A stretch of DNA of 64,000 nucleotides from Candidatus Sericytochromatia bacterium (GTDB taxonomy: Bacteria; Cyanobacteriota; Sericytochromatia; UBA7694), in contig JBIKWL010000006.1 of the NCBI GenBank assembly GCA_044356335.1, forward strand, positions 9,848 to 73,847, written 5' to 3'. Shown here in pieces: positions 8,171 to 18,533 of this stretch. The notes beneath the pieces were generated by a model. That model was given only the letters and a program-made list of their open reading frames with translations, ran no database searches and had not been told where the DNA came from. The translations under genes and the position numbers were made by a program. Position 1 is the stretch's first letter. Every line of letters begins with the position of its first letter.

Positions 8171-10917
8171 CTGACCTGAGCTTGGCGGCCGGTGGGGCTG
8201 GATTTGGTGAGTTTCCAGTTTTTCAGGTTTTGCGGCAATAGGCTGGCGATCCAAAAGCCGTCCGCGTCCACTGCCGGGCTGGTGTAAAAGGGCGCGTCAT
8301 CGGCAAAGATCTGCAGGGCCCCAGCCTCTAATTGGGTTGCGTCTGGCAAAGTGCTCCCGCTTTCGTTGACTTTGGGGTCCACCAGGGTAAAGGAGACATC
8401 TGTTTCGTAAATCTCTGCTTGAGCATCAACCACCCTTTCGGTGATCACCAGATTTTTCACCACGGGCGGGGTATTGTCCACACGGAAGGGAATTTTGTCT
8501 TTTTCTTTGATAAAGACCGTGGTGGGAACTGCGTATTTATATTTAGGAACCTGCACATAAATTTGAGGCGGGTTTTCTTCGAGATAGGGTTTGGGTTGCA
8601 ATATCAGGCTCAAAGAATATTCGCCATCAATCAGACAGTCTTTGGATGATTGCCAACCATCATAGACAATGGTTTGCAGGCCCTCTTGGCCTTTAAACAC
8701 ATCAGGGCTTTTCCAGTTGGGATCTTTCTTGGATGCAATAGCCATATCCCAGCGAACATAATGGAGGCCAGGAAAAGAGTTGATATCACCTGCCGTAATA
8801 AAATGCACTTTGTCGGCAACACCGTTAATATCTCTCGGTGAAAAGGTGACAGGATTAAAAGGCGCTCCCAGAGGGGGATTGGGAGCATGTTCCACTTTAA
8901 AGAACATTTTTAAATAACACCCGTTGTCTTCATCATAGTCAAAATACTCCTTTGGGCAATAATCGCATTCTCCGCCAATTGAGTTACCATTGGCATCAAT
9001 TTTAGGGACATAAATATATCCATCAGAGCAACTTCCATCTGGTTTCGGCGTGGGTGATGGGGGAGGCAGACAGATGGCTCCCTGAGGGCAGGGTGTGGGG
9101 TTTGGGTCTGGGCAAGTACTGCCAGAACAGGTGGGGGGAGGGCAAATGCCCGCAGGCGGACAGGCCACTTCTGGAGGCACAGGGGGTCTCGGTCCCGGGG
9201 TTGGTGGTTTAGGCTTACCGCTACAGATAGAACCTACAGGGCATTCTAAACACAGAGCAGGGATGTCCTCACAGCCAGAGCGTGATGTCGGGGGGGCTGT
9301 TGGTTCTTCGCTAGGATTTTTACGCGGACGGTTAGTCTGTTTGGGTGGTGTGGGTGGACCTGTTGGTCCTGTTCCTTCGGGTTCGATTCTGACGGTGGCC
9401 GTATCGCTTTTCCCGGCAGCTTCCAACTTAAATTCGACTTGTCCAATGCCACTCACATCGCCATTGGGGCCTTGGCATATCCCATCCCAGGTAAACTGGC
9501 TGCCAGCGGTGCCGAAGTCTTCGGGTTGACACGTCACCTCTTGAGACCCGGCCGCAATACTTTTGAGGGTGCCGCTGATCAGGGTGATTTTGCCTTTGGG
9601 GCAGACGGGTTGTTTGATTGTAAAAGTAAAAGGGACGGGGAGCCCAAAGGTGACAAGATAACCGCCAGGATTAAATGCGACCTCGCTGCTCGCCGTCACA
9701 GTGGTTTGACCCGGTTCTTTGGGGGCATTGGCGTCGTCGTATTCGGCGATCAGCTCGTATTCTCCATCGGGCACTTCGCCCCCAAAGGGAATGTCTGTTT
9801 TTGTGCCTTGACCACTGCTGAGAGTTGTCTCTGCAAATGTGCAATCCCCTTTCAGGCTTTTGGCCTTGGCTTTGAGGGTCCAAGGCCGACTGTCGTTAAC
9901 GGGATCCACAGTGATTTTGACTTGTTCACTATCTGCAGGCGAAAAACTGCCGGGAAAGGCCTGAACATCAATCAAATCAGGGCTCTCTTCGACAAAAGGG
10001 ACACGCACTGTTCCTTCAATCCGAAAATTCGCTGATCCCGTTGCACCAATATTCATGCAGGCATATTGCGGTTCTTCTTGCTCAGGACCAGCCACATTCA
10101 ACCAGTTCTGGCCGCTGGTCGTTGTGGGGCCGCTGGCACTGACCTTGAGCGTGGCGGTTTTATTGCCGGGAGTGAGCGTCAATGAAGAAGTCGGAGAAAA
10201 AGAGATCAGACCTGAGCTTTGCCAGAATTGGCAGACAGTGGGGCTCACACCTGTAATATTGTTCACATTATAGATACTGAACGAGAGAAAAGAATTGCCC
10301 CCATTGCTGACAGGTTGATAGGTTTTTCCATCTGTGCTGCTAAATTGCATGATGGAAGAGATCACCGAGCGATCGGTAAAAGGGGGATTGCCCCCTGTTG
10401 TATTCACCGCTTGGATATTGAGCGCCATGCGTATTTCTGTGGCAATGGTAAAACCCGATTCATTTTTACCCGTACTCAATACCTGAAACCCATAATCGAG
10501 ACTTGTGGCTTGGTCCGCACTGATACTGGAACTGTTGATTCCCCCTACACTCGGCCAGCCCATACTGGCACTCAAAGCAACCAGCCCACAGTCTTCAGCA
10601 GAACAGCTTTGGGGATAATCTTGGATTTTGAAGCCTTCAGGCACAAAAGGGTAGGAGCTGGGGTGTCCCTGGGGCCATTTCAATTCTTTTGGGTCGAGCC
10701 ATTTCCCTTGCCGGTAATGAAAATCCTTGGGAGCCAAAATATACGAGGCCTTGCGTGTGGCTTTTTTCAGAAGGGCGGGTGTCGGGTCCGGCGCTTTGAC
10801 CGCTGGCGGCTGCGCAGTACAAGAGAGCAGAAATAGCACCAACACCAGCCAGGTCGTACACGCGCGCCCAAATAGACCATTGACCCAAATTTGCATAAAA
10901 GCCCCCAAAGCAGCCAA
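8068..10917 (-). CDS. large secreted/lipid-anchored Cys- and Pro-rich surface protein (949 aa), function unknown
   Basis: N-terminal hydrophobic segment with LLSCT lipobox-like motif. Central PTGPPTPPK...CPPAGICPPPTCSGSTCPDPNPTPCPQGAICLPPPSPTPKP Cys/Pro-rich region. The track start is TTG at 10917; the first ATG (MQIWVNGL...) is at 10896. Confidence 0.6.
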   Translation of the reverse strand: MAALGAFMQIWVNGLFGRACTTWLVLVLFLLSCTAQPPAVKAPDPTPALLKKATRKASYILAPKDFHYRQGKWLDPKELKWPQGHPSSYPFVPEGFKIQDYPQSCSAEDCGLVALSASMGWPSVGGINSSSISADQATSLDYGFQVLSTGKNESGFTIATEIRMALNIQAVNTTGGNPPFTDRSVISSIMQFSSTDGKTYQPVSNGGNSFLSFSIYNVNNITGVSPTVCQFWQSSGLISFSPTSSLTLTPGNKTATLKVSASGPTTTSGQNWLNVAGPEQEEPQYACMNIGATGSANFRIEGTVRVPFVEESPDLIDVQAFPGSFSPADSEQVKITVDPVNDSRPWTLKAKAKSLKGDCTFAETTLSSGQGTKTDIPFGGEVPDGEYELIAEYDDANAPKEPGQTTVTASSEVAFNPGGYLVTFGLPVPFTFTIKQPVCPKGKITLISGTLKSIAAGSQEVTCQPEDFGTAGSQFTWDGICQGPNGDVSGIGQVEFKLEAAGKSDTATVRIEPEGTGPTGPPTPPKQTNRPRKNPSEEPTAPPTSRSGCEDIPALCLECPVGSICSGKPKPPTPGPRPPVPPEVACPPAGICPPPTCSGSTCPDPNPTPCPQGAICLPPPSPTPKPDGSCSDGYIYVPKIDANGNSIGGECDYCPKEYFDYDEDNGCYLKMFFKVEHAPNPPLGAPFNPVTFSPRDINGVADKVHFITAGDINSFPGLHYVRWDMAIASKKDPNWKSPDVFKGQEGLQTIVYDGWQSSKDCLIDGEYSLSLILQPKPYLEENPPQIYVQVPKYKYAVPTTVFIKEKDKIPFRVDNTPPVVKNLVITERVVDAQAEIYETDVSFTLVDPKVNESGSTLPDATQLEAGALQIFADDAPFYTSPAVDADGFWIASLLPQNLKNWKLTKSSPTGRQAQVSFTLRHRLAGHTLEVEVQDTLANTGRYILYPEGN

Positions 10918-10980
10918 ATTTTCTTAAATATACCTTTAGGAGGTATTTTGAATCAAAGGGCATTTTGGGCCATAATTCCG

Positions 10981-11005
10981 ATTGGATTGGATTGGATTGG
11001 ATTGG
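10981..11005. repeat. pentanucleotide tandem repeat (ATTGG)x5 (= CCAAT x5 on the minus strand) in the promoter region of the 949-aa surface protein gene
   Basis: Seen directly: attggattggattggattggattgg, 76-109 nt upstream of the first ATG (10896) of the minus-strand gene. Confidence 0.8.
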
Positions 11006-11042
11006 CGATGTTCTCTGTTTTTTGCCGTTAGGTGCCAAAATC

Positions 11043-11070
11043 CAGACAAAAAAAAGGAGAGGCGAACCTC
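11043..11070 (-). terminator. rho-independent terminator downstream of aceA
   Basis: The minus strand reads GGAGAGG-ttcgc-CCTCTCC followed by TTTTTTTT, located ~50 nt after the aceA stop. Confidence 0.55.
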
Positions 11071-11117
11071 TCCCAGGGATTTCAAGGGATAAAAGACGCA
11101 GAAGACGCGTCGACCGA

Positions 11118-12392
11118 TTAATGGAATTGAGCTTCTTCGGTGGAACCCGCCAGGGCCGTGGTGGAGCTGAGCCCCCCCGTGATCACCTGTTGAATTTCAT
11201 CAAAATAACCGGCACCGACAAAACGCTGATGCTTGACGGCACTAAACCCGTGCTGCTTTTCGAGCGCAAATTCGCGTTCTTGCAGGCGGGAATAGGCAGC
11301 CATGCCTTCGCGGCTGTAAGCTTCGGCCAGCTCAAAAGCGGCTGTATTCAGGGCATGAAAGCCCGCCAGGGTCACAAACTGGAAGCGGTAGCCCAGTTCA
11401 CCCAGGTTCTCTTGGAAGCGGGCAATCTCTGTTTCGGAGAGGTGGCGCTGCCAATTAAAAGACGGAGAGCAATTGTAGGCCAGCATTTTGCCCGGATACT
11501 GGGCGTGAATGGCCTGGGCAAATTCGCGGGCTTCACCCAGATCGGGGGTGGAGGTCTCACACCAGATCAGATCGGCATAAGGGGCATAAGCCAAACCTCT
11601 GGCTATGGCACAGTCGTTGCCACCTTTGAGGCGGAAAAAGCCCTCGCTGGTGCGCTCGCCGGTCAAAAAGGGCTGGTCGCGTTCGTCGATATCGCTGGTG
11701 AGGAGTTGGGCGGCCTGGGCGTCGGTGCGGGCCACCAGCACGGTGGGCACGTTCATCACGTCGGCAGCCAGGCGGGCGGCCACGAGTTTGCGGATAAATT
11801 CAGAGGTGGGTACCAGCACCTTGCCGCCCATATGGCCACATTTTTTTTCAGAGGCCAATTGGTCTTCAAAATGCACACCGGCGGCCCCGGCTTCGATCAG
11901 GGCTTTCATCAGCTCGTGGGCGTTGAGCACGCCGCCAAAACCAGCTTCGGCATCGGCCACAATCGGGGCAAACCAATCGCGGCTGGCCTCTCCCTGCAGA
12001 CATTCGATCTGATCGGCCCGTTGCAAAGCATTGTTGATCCGGCGCACCACAGCGGGCACGCTGTCGACCGGATACAGGCTCTGGTCGGGATAGGTTTGGC
12101 CTGCGCTATTGGCGTCACCAGCCACCTGCCAGCCACTCAGGTAAATGGCCTGCAGACCCGCTTGCACGTATTGAACAGCCTGATTGCCTGTTAAAGCGCC
12201 CAGGGCGCGCACAAAGGCCTGTTGCTTGATGCGCTGCCAGAGGGTTTCGGCACCATGGCGGGCCAATGTGTATTCGGGGGTGAGGCTGCCGCGCAAACGC
12301 AGCACCTGCTCGGCACTGTAAGGGCGTTGAATGCCTTGCCAGCGCTCACTTTGCCAGGATTTTTCGAGAGCTTGAATCGATTCGGGAGTCAT
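11118..12392 (-). CDS. aceA: isocitrate lyase
   Basis: 424 aa with the KKCGHMGGK signature and overall ICL architecture. Confidence 0.9.
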   Translation of the reverse strand: MTPESIQALEKSWQSERWQGIQRPYSAEQVLRLRGSLTPEYTLARHGAETLWQRIKQQAFVRALGALTGNQAVQYVQAGLQAIYLSGWQVAGDANSAGQTYPDQSLYPVDSVPAVVRRINNALQRADQIECLQGEASRDWFAPIVADAEAGFGGVLNAHELMKALIEAGAAGVHFEDQLASEKKCGHMGGKVLVPTSEFIRKLVAARLAADVMNVPTVLVARTDAQAAQLLTSDIDERDQPFLTGERTSEGFFRLKGGNDCAIARGLAYAPYADLIWCETSTPDLGEAREFAQAIHAQYPGKMLAYNCSPSFNWQRHLSETEIARFQENLGELGYRFQFVTLAGFHALNTAAFELAEAYSREGMAAYSRLQEREFALEKQHGFSAVKHQRFVGAGYFDEIQQVITGGLSSTTALAGSTEEAQFH

Positions 12393-12404
12393 ATTTTTAT
12401 TCCT

Positions 12405-14021
12405 TTACAGACGTTGATACGCCAAGAGCGTTAAAAATTCGGGGAAATTCTCTGCTTGGAGCAATTGCTCCAGCAATTCGGCTGCGGCAGTATAGGCCCC
12501 GGCCTGATAGCGTTCGGCTCCGAGCAAATTGCGGATTTTGGCCAGTTCTTCGGGCAGCCAGGCCATCACTTTGGCAGGGTTCATTGCTTCGCCATTGCTG
12601 AAGCGGATCTCGGGCCGGTGCAGCCAGAGCCAGAGTTGGGCGCGGGAGATTTCCGCGGTGGCGGCATCTTCCATTAAATTGTTGATTGCCACTGCGCCTT
12701 GGCCCTGCAGCCAGGCCGAGAGGTATTGCAGTGCCACGCTGATATTCGTGCGCACACCGGTTTCGCTGATCTGCCCACCCGTTATTTCAAAATTGAGCAG
12801 GTCTTCGGCGGCAATCGTCGCCTCTGAACGCGAGACTTCTTTCTGGTGGGGCTTTGACCCCAAGGCGGCAAATGCCTCTCGGGCCACAGGCACCAGATCG
12901 GGGTGGGCCACCCAGGTGCCGTCAAAGCCCTGGCTCACTTCGCGCTCTTTGTCGGCCCGCACCTGTTTCAGCGCCATTTCGGTGATCTCAAGCTGGCGGC
13001 GATTGGGAATAAAGGCCGCCATGCCGCCCATGGCGTGGGCGCCGCGCCTGTGGCAGGTTTGCACGAGTAAATCGCAATAGGCGCGCATAAACGGCACCTG
13101 CATGGTGATCTGGGAGCGATCGGGCAGCACAAAGCCGGGGCGGTTGCGGAACTTTTTGATCACGCTGAAGATATAGTCCCAGCGGCCGGCGTTGAGCCCG
13201 GCGATGTGTTCGCGCAGGGCATAGAGGATTTCGTCCATTTCAAAGGCTGCCAGAATGGTTTCGATCAGCACCGTCGCTTTGATACTGCCCTGTGGGATGC
13301 CGAGCAGATTTTGGGCCCGCACAAAGACGTCGTTCCAGAGCGCGGCCTCTTGATAGCTTTCGAGTTTGGGCAAATAAAACCAGGGGCCCCGGCCTTGCTC
13401 CAGCAATGCTTTGGCATTGTGGAAAAAATACAAACCGAAGTCAAAGAGTGAGGCGGAGATGCCCTCGCCATTGACCCTTACATGTTTTTCGTCCAAATGC
13501 CAGCCGCGGGGACGCACCAGCAAGACTGCCGTTTCGGCCTTGAGGCTGTACACTTTTTCTCCACTCTGGTGGCTGAGGCTGCCGCGCACGGCTTGGTAGA
13601 GATTGGCCTGGCCTTGGACCATGTTTTCCCAGGTCGGGCTGGAGGCGTCTTCGCAATCGGCCATAAAGACATCTGCCCCCGAGTTCAGGGCGTTGATAAT
13701 CATCTTGGCGTCAATCGGCCCTGTGATTTCCACGTGGCGCTTTTGCAAGGCGGCAGGAATAGGGGCGATTTGCCAATCCCCGGCCCGCAGATCGGCACTT
13801 TCTGGCAAAAAGCCGGGCAGTTGGCCGGCATCGATCTGCTTTTGACGCTCTTGGCGCCGGGCCAAAAGGGCCTGACGGCGGGGATTAAATTCGCGTTGCA
13901 AGGTGGCAATAAATTCCAGGGCGGCGGGGGTCAAAATCTCGGGCTGGGTATGGGGAACATGGGCGGTGATTTCAAGGCCAGTGGGGAGGCTCAAAACGGG
14001 CATGGGGGAATCTCCTTTCAA
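12405..14021 (-). CDS. aceB: malate synthase A
   Basis: 538 aa, malate-synthase-A-like throughout, lying 12 nt upstream of aceA. This is the aceBA operon arrangement. Confidence 0.9.
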   Translation of the reverse strand: MKGDSPMPVLSLPTGLEITAHVPHTQPEILTPAALEFIATLQREFNPRRQALLARRQERQKQIDAGQLPGFLPESADLRAGDWQIAPIPAALQKRHVEITGPIDAKMIINALNSGADVFMADCEDASSPTWENMVQGQANLYQAVRGSLSHQSGEKVYSLKAETAVLLVRPRGWHLDEKHVRVNGEGISASLFDFGLYFFHNAKALLEQGRGPWFYLPKLESYQEAALWNDVFVRAQNLLGIPQGSIKATVLIETILAAFEMDEILYALREHIAGLNAGRWDYIFSVIKKFRNRPGFVLPDRSQITMQVPFMRAYCDLLVQTCHRRGAHAMGGMAAFIPNRRQLEITEMALKQVRADKEREVSQGFDGTWVAHPDLVPVAREAFAALGSKPHQKEVSRSEATIAAEDLLNFEITGGQISETGVRTNISVALQYLSAWLQGQGAVAINNLMEDAATAEISRAQLWLWLHRPEIRFSNGEAMNPAKVMAWLPEELAKIRNLLGAERYQAGAYTAAAELLEQLLQAENFPEFLTLLAYQRL

Positions 14022-14121
14022 TTATGCGCTGCATCAAACGTAGTCAGAATAACGCCTTTAACTTACAGTATCCTTACAAACGAATTACAGCCTGCAAAGC
14101 TGGGCGTGTTATTCTAAACAG

Positions 14122-16339
14122 ATGAGTTATTCAGACGCCCTTGCAGCCCTTGAGCCGGTTTTGCAGCAGGCCTCCTCAGCCGAGGCCCGCGTGCAGTTGT
14201 TGGCCTTGCTCGCTGAATATCCCCAAGAGCCGGAACTGCATTACCGCTTGGGGGTGCTCTGCCAAGCCCAGAACTGGCCCGAGGCCCAGAATCACTACCA
14301 GGCCGTCTTGGCCCGTTTGCCAGCCCATGCCCCCAGTTGGTTTGGGTTGGGTTTTTTGGCTTTTCGCCAAGCGGATTATCCACGGGCTGAGGATTATTTT
14401 CGCCAGGCCCTGCGCTTTCATCCGGATTTTGTTTTGGCCCTGGATTATCTCGCCCAAGTATTTTTGCTCAAAGGGGCGCTCTCAGCGGCTGTGGAGCTGT
14501 GGGAGCGTTGTTCTCAATTGGAAAAGGATCCTCCGCGCTGGCACCCCAAATTGACACTCTATTACCAGGAGCTCAAACGTTGGTCAGATGCCTATCGCCA
14601 TGTCCAGGCCTGGCTGGCAGACGCCCCCGATAATGCCGATGCCCACAACGAAGCCGGGCTGATCTTGATTCAATTGCGCCAGCCCGAAGCTGCTCGCCAG
14701 GCCTTTGAACAGGCCTTGCAACGGGCCCCTGAATTCGCCGAGGTCTGGACCAATTTGGGGCGTCTGGCCAAAAGCTGTGGCCTAATGAATGAGGCGCTGG
14801 ATGCTTATAAAAGGGCGGTGGAGATACGGCCCGATTATGTCGAGGGCTGGTACAATCTGGGCATGTTATACGACAAGAACGGGCAAACCCTGGCTGCTCG
14901 CCAGGCTGTTGGCCGGGCCTTGAGTCAACAGCCGATGCTTTTTCGCCCCGCCCAAACCGGCCCGTCCTTTTTGCCCACCCCTGCCAGTGAACGCGCTTTG
15001 CTGCTCTTGCGGCAGTCCATGATCCTGCCCCGTGTCTATGCCGATCAATCTGAAATCGAAGCTTACCGCGCGCAATTGTTTGAATGTTTCAACGCTTTGC
15101 AGGGCATTGATTTACAGGTGGCAGTGCCCGAGCGTGAGTTGATGGGGCTCACCCCCTTTTATTTGGCCTACCAAGGCCAGAATGACCGCGACATAAACAG
15201 CGCCTTGGCGCGACTTTTGGCCCCGGTTTTGGACCTGGCTCCCCCCTTGCCGGCCTCCCCGCGCGGACCACTGCGGATTGGCCTGGTCTCGGCTTTTTTT
15301 CAGGACCATTCCGTGACCCATTGTTTTGGCTCCATGATTCAGGCCCTGGCTGCTGAACCCGATTGGGAGGTCACGCTTTTTTTGACCCCCGCTGCCCAGC
15401 CCGACGCGGTCACACACCTTGGCGCAAAAGCTCAAGTTGGTTCATTTGCCTGCTGACTTGGCCCAGGCCCGTCAAACGCTGAGCGAACATCAGCTCGATT
15501 TGCTGATTTACCCCGAACTGGGCATGGACTCTTTCTCCTGGCTTTTGGCCTTTGCTCGGCTTGCCCCGGTGCAAGCGGTCTTGTCGGGGCATCCGGTCAC
15601 CAGTGGGATTCCCAACGTCGATTATTTTATTTCCCACAGCAGTCTCGAAACGGCCGAGGCCCAGCTTCATTATTCCGAAACCCTGATTGGCTTGCCCGGC
15701 GTGCCGGTGAACTATACGGCCCCTCCCCGGCGCAGCGCTTCGCGTACGCGGGCTGAGTTGGGCCTGTCTGAGTCCGCCCATCTTTACTTTTGCCCGATGA
15801 CCCTGTTTAAGCTGCACCCAGATTTTGATGCGGTTTTGGCCGAGATTCTGGCCCGCGATCCCTTGGCCGAGATTCTGCTCTTTCGCTATCACCACAGTCT
15901 TTTGCACCAAATTTTGCAGGCGCGTTTGCAGCGGCGATTGCCCAGGCCAGATGTGGCTCGGATTCGATTCTTGCCCTGGGCCCGCTGGGAGACCTTTATG
16001 GCCCTGCTCGAAAACGCCGATGTGGTACTCGACACCCCCCATTTTGGCGGTGGCAATACCCTGTACATGGCCTTTTCGCGCGCTTTGCCAGTGGTCACTT
16101 GGCCAGCGCCTTTTCAGCGCGGGCGTGGGGGCACAGGTCTCTACCAAGCGATGGGGTTGGATTTTGGCGTGGCCACAGATTTGGCCGACTATGCCCGCCG
16201 GGCCGTGCAATTGGCAAGTGAACCCGAGTGGAATCGTCTGTGTCGCAATCAATTGGCTGAGCGGCAGCATCAACTCTTTGGTCAAACACAAAGCACAGCG
16301 GCCCTGATTGACTGGGTGCGCAGCTTGAAACGCGTTTAA
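14122..16339 (+). pseudogene. TPR-repeat + GT41 (O-GlcNAc-transferase-like) glycosyltransferase gene interrupted by a +1 frameshift (ORFs 14122..15456 and 15419..16339)
   Basis: N-terminal ORF: TPR repeats then ...LRIGLVSAFFQDHSVTHCFG.... Second ORF: ...LDLLIYPELGMDSFSWLLAFARLAPVQAVLSGHPVTSGIPNVDYFISH... (GT41 C-terminal lobe). The frames join around an AAAA run at 15426-15429, and the second ORF has only a TTG start. Confidence 0.6.
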
Positions 16340-16341
16340 AC

Positions 16342-17541
16342 GTGAATCCGGCCCGGGCCAATCTCTGGAAACTCAGGCTCTATTGGTTTGGCCACAGCTT
16401 GGTTTTTGCCTATGTGATCGAGCGGGTCTTTGGCCTGGCGCGGGGCTTGAGCGTGCAGGACATGGTCACTGTCGAAATCTTTTATGCGCTCGCGGCTTTG
16501 GTTCTAGAAGTGCCAACCGGGGCCCTGGCCGACCGCTGGAGCCGCAAAAAGACCTTATTGCTCAGTTCTTTTTGTATTTTCTTTGAGTTTTTCCTGTTGA
16601 TTTTTGCCTACAATCTCTGGGGGTTTTTGGCTTCGGCCCTGGCAGCGGCCCTCGGGGGAGCCCTGGCGAGTGGCACAGCCAATGCCCTGCTCTACGATTC
16701 TCTGCTCGAAACGGGCGAACAGGGCGACTTTGAGCGCCAATTGGGGCGGATTGGCCTGTGGGAGAGCCTGGCGGGACTGATTGGCGCCCTGGGCGGCGCT
16801 TGGGTGGCTGTGCGCTGGGGACTTGTTTCGCCCTATTGGCTCTCGCTGCTGGGGGTGGTGCTGGCCTTTGGCACGGCCCTGAGCCTCTATGAACCAAACA
16901 AACAGAGCGATCATTCTCCCGCAGAGAATATCTGGGCGCATATGGGCGAGGCCTTTACTTTTTTACGCGGCCAGCCAGTTTTGCAAAAAATCGTGCTCTT
17001 GGCCACCTGTTTGGCGGCGGTTTTTGAATATGTCGATGAATACCTGCAAATTTATATGCAGGGGGTGGGCGTGCCTGTGGCGTTTTTTGGCCTCTTTTAT
17101 GCCTGTTATATGGGCGGAGAGGCTGGGTTTCGCAGTTTGGCTTACCGGCTCAAAGAGATCAAACAGCCCCGCTGGCTCTTTGTCGGATTCTTGGGGGGCT
17201 TTGCCCTGTTTTTGCTTTGGGCAGCAGCTCTGCGTTCGCTCTGGGGGTTATTGCCGCTATTTCTGGCTTTGGCCTGTGTCTGGCTGAGTCAACCCTTGAC
17301 CACTGGCTATTTGCACCACCGCACGCCTTCCAGCCACCGCGCCACGGTGGAGTCGTTTGCCCATTTGCTGACCAGTTTACTGGCTGTGGGGGTGGGATTG
17401 GCTTTCGGTCAAATTACCACCCGTTGGAATATTTTTAGCGGTTACCGATTTTTGGCCGTCATTTTATTGGGGTTTGCACTCTATTGGGCGCTGGCCGCCC
17501 GACATTTGCCCGCTTATGCCGCCATTGAGTATGATGACTGA
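16342..17541 (+). CDS. MFS-type transporter
   Basis: 399 aa with about 12 predicted TM segments and a D-R-x-x-R-K-like motif (ALADRWSRKK) after TM2. Confidence 0.65.
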   Translation: MNPARANLWKLRLYWFGHSLVFAYVIERVFGLARGLSVQDMVTVEIFYALAALVLEVPTGALADRWSRKKTLLLSSFCIFFEFFLLIFAYNLWGFLASALAAALGGALASGTANALLYDSLLETGEQGDFERQLGRIGLWESLAGLIGALGGAWVAVRWGLVSPYWLSLLGVVLAFGTALSLYEPNKQSDHSPAENIWAHMGEAFTFLRGQPVLQKIVLLATCLAAVFEYVDEYLQIYMQGVGVPVAFFGLFYACYMGGEAGFRSLAYRLKEIKQPRWLFVGFLGGFALFLLWAAALRSLWGLLPLFLALACVWLSQPLTTGYLHHRTPSSHRATVESFAHLLTSLLAVGVGLAFGQITTRWNIFSGYRFLAVILLGFALYWALAARHLPAYAAIEYDD

Positions 17542-17552
17542 GACGGATGAAT

Positions 17553-17999
17553 TTAATCGCGAAATTGATAGCGCAGTTGGAGTTGCTTCTGGGTTTGGTT
17601 GGGACTGGGTTTCCAGACCAATCTGCCACCAGCGGCATACCAATCCCCGTGATAACTCTCTTTAAACGCGCCCTGCAACTTCCAACCGGTGTATTTTTTG
17701 CCACCTTCGTGCAATTCCAACTCACCGTGGCCATGGCCCTGCATTTCCAAATCGAGGCCATGCACATGGGCTGAGCCTGAGTAGATCAAAGGTATTTCCT
17801 GAGCTTTGCTCAGATTGAGCTCTGTCTTTGTGGGGCTTGAACAGCCTACCAAGAGGAGCAGACAAACCCAGGCGAAGAGCGGCTGGCCCCGTGTAAGCAG
17901 ACCGAATGGGCGGAGGGATATTTGCGCTAAAATCTCAATCATAAGCCTCTTTTTTTGCGGTACAATACCATTATTCCAGTATAGTCTGTTTAAAAACAA
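17553..17999 (-). CDS. small lipoprotein with His-rich motif (HGHGELELHEGG), possible metal-binding; likely true start at internal Met (17942)
   Basis: Signal peptide ending LLLVGCSS (lipobox), then the His-rich stretch HVHGLDLEMQGHGHGELELHEGG. Confidence 0.4.
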   Translation of the reverse strand: MFLNRLYWNNGIVPQKKRLMIEILAQISLRPFGLLTRGQPLFAWVCLLLLVGCSSPTKTELNLSKAQEIPLIYSGSAHVHGLDLEMQGHGHGELELHEGGKKYTGWKLQGAFKESYHGDWYAAGGRLVWKPSPNQTQKQLQLRYQFRD

Positions 18000-18008
18000 G
18001 GAAGTAAG

Positions 18009-18533
18009 ATGTCGTCTGTCTCTGAGCCCTTATCTGCATTCGAAACGTCTTCCCTCGAAATCGCTTCATGGGAAAGCCAACGTGCGCCTGAGCCCGTGGG
18101 AGCTTATCCCCACGCTCGGCGGGTGGGCAATTTGCTCTTTTTGTCTGGTTTGGGGCCCCGGCAGCGCGGCAGCAAAACCATTCCGGGTGTGACCCTCGGC
18201 CCCAGCGGCGAAATTCTGGCTTACGATATCTCGCTCCAATGCCATTCGGTTTTTGCCAATGTGCGCACGGTGCTGCAAGAAGCGGGGGCCCGCTGGGAAG
18301 ATCTCGTCGATGTCACGGTCTACCTCACCGATATGCAGGCAGATTTTCAGACCTTTAACCGCCTCTGGGCTGAGTATTTTCCCGATCCGGCTACGCGTCC
18401 CTGCCGCACAACAGTTGAGGTGGGCGCTTTGCCCACGCCGATTGCGATTGAACTCAAATGCCTGGCCGAATTTAAATCCACCCAAGCCACTCAATCTGCT
18501 CAAGGAGCATCCCATGCTGCCCATCCCGATTAA
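18009..18533 (+). CDS. RidA/YjgF-family deaminase, probably 2-aminomuconate deaminase of the kynurenine branch
   Basis: 174 aa with a YjgF/RidA fold signature (...AYPHARRVGNLLFLSGL..., ...DVTVYLTDM...). The 2-aminomuconate deaminases AmnD and NbaF belong to this family. Its 3' end overlaps the HAAO gene start. Confidence 0.7.
   Translation: MSSVSEPLSAFETSSLEIASWESQRAPEPVGAYPHARRVGNLLFLSGLGPRQRGSKTIPGVTLGPSGEILAYDISLQCHSVFANVRTVLQEAGARWEDLVDVTVYLTDMQADFQTFNRLWAEYFPDPATRPCRTTVEVGALPTPIAIELKCLAEFKSTQATQSAQGASHAAHPD

Noticed and set aside
10965-12194. 409-aa plus-strand ORF
   Set aside because: It is entirely antisense to aceA (an unmistakable isocitrate lyase) and has no recognisable motifs of its own; it is a long open frame of the kind expected from GC-rich antisense sequence.
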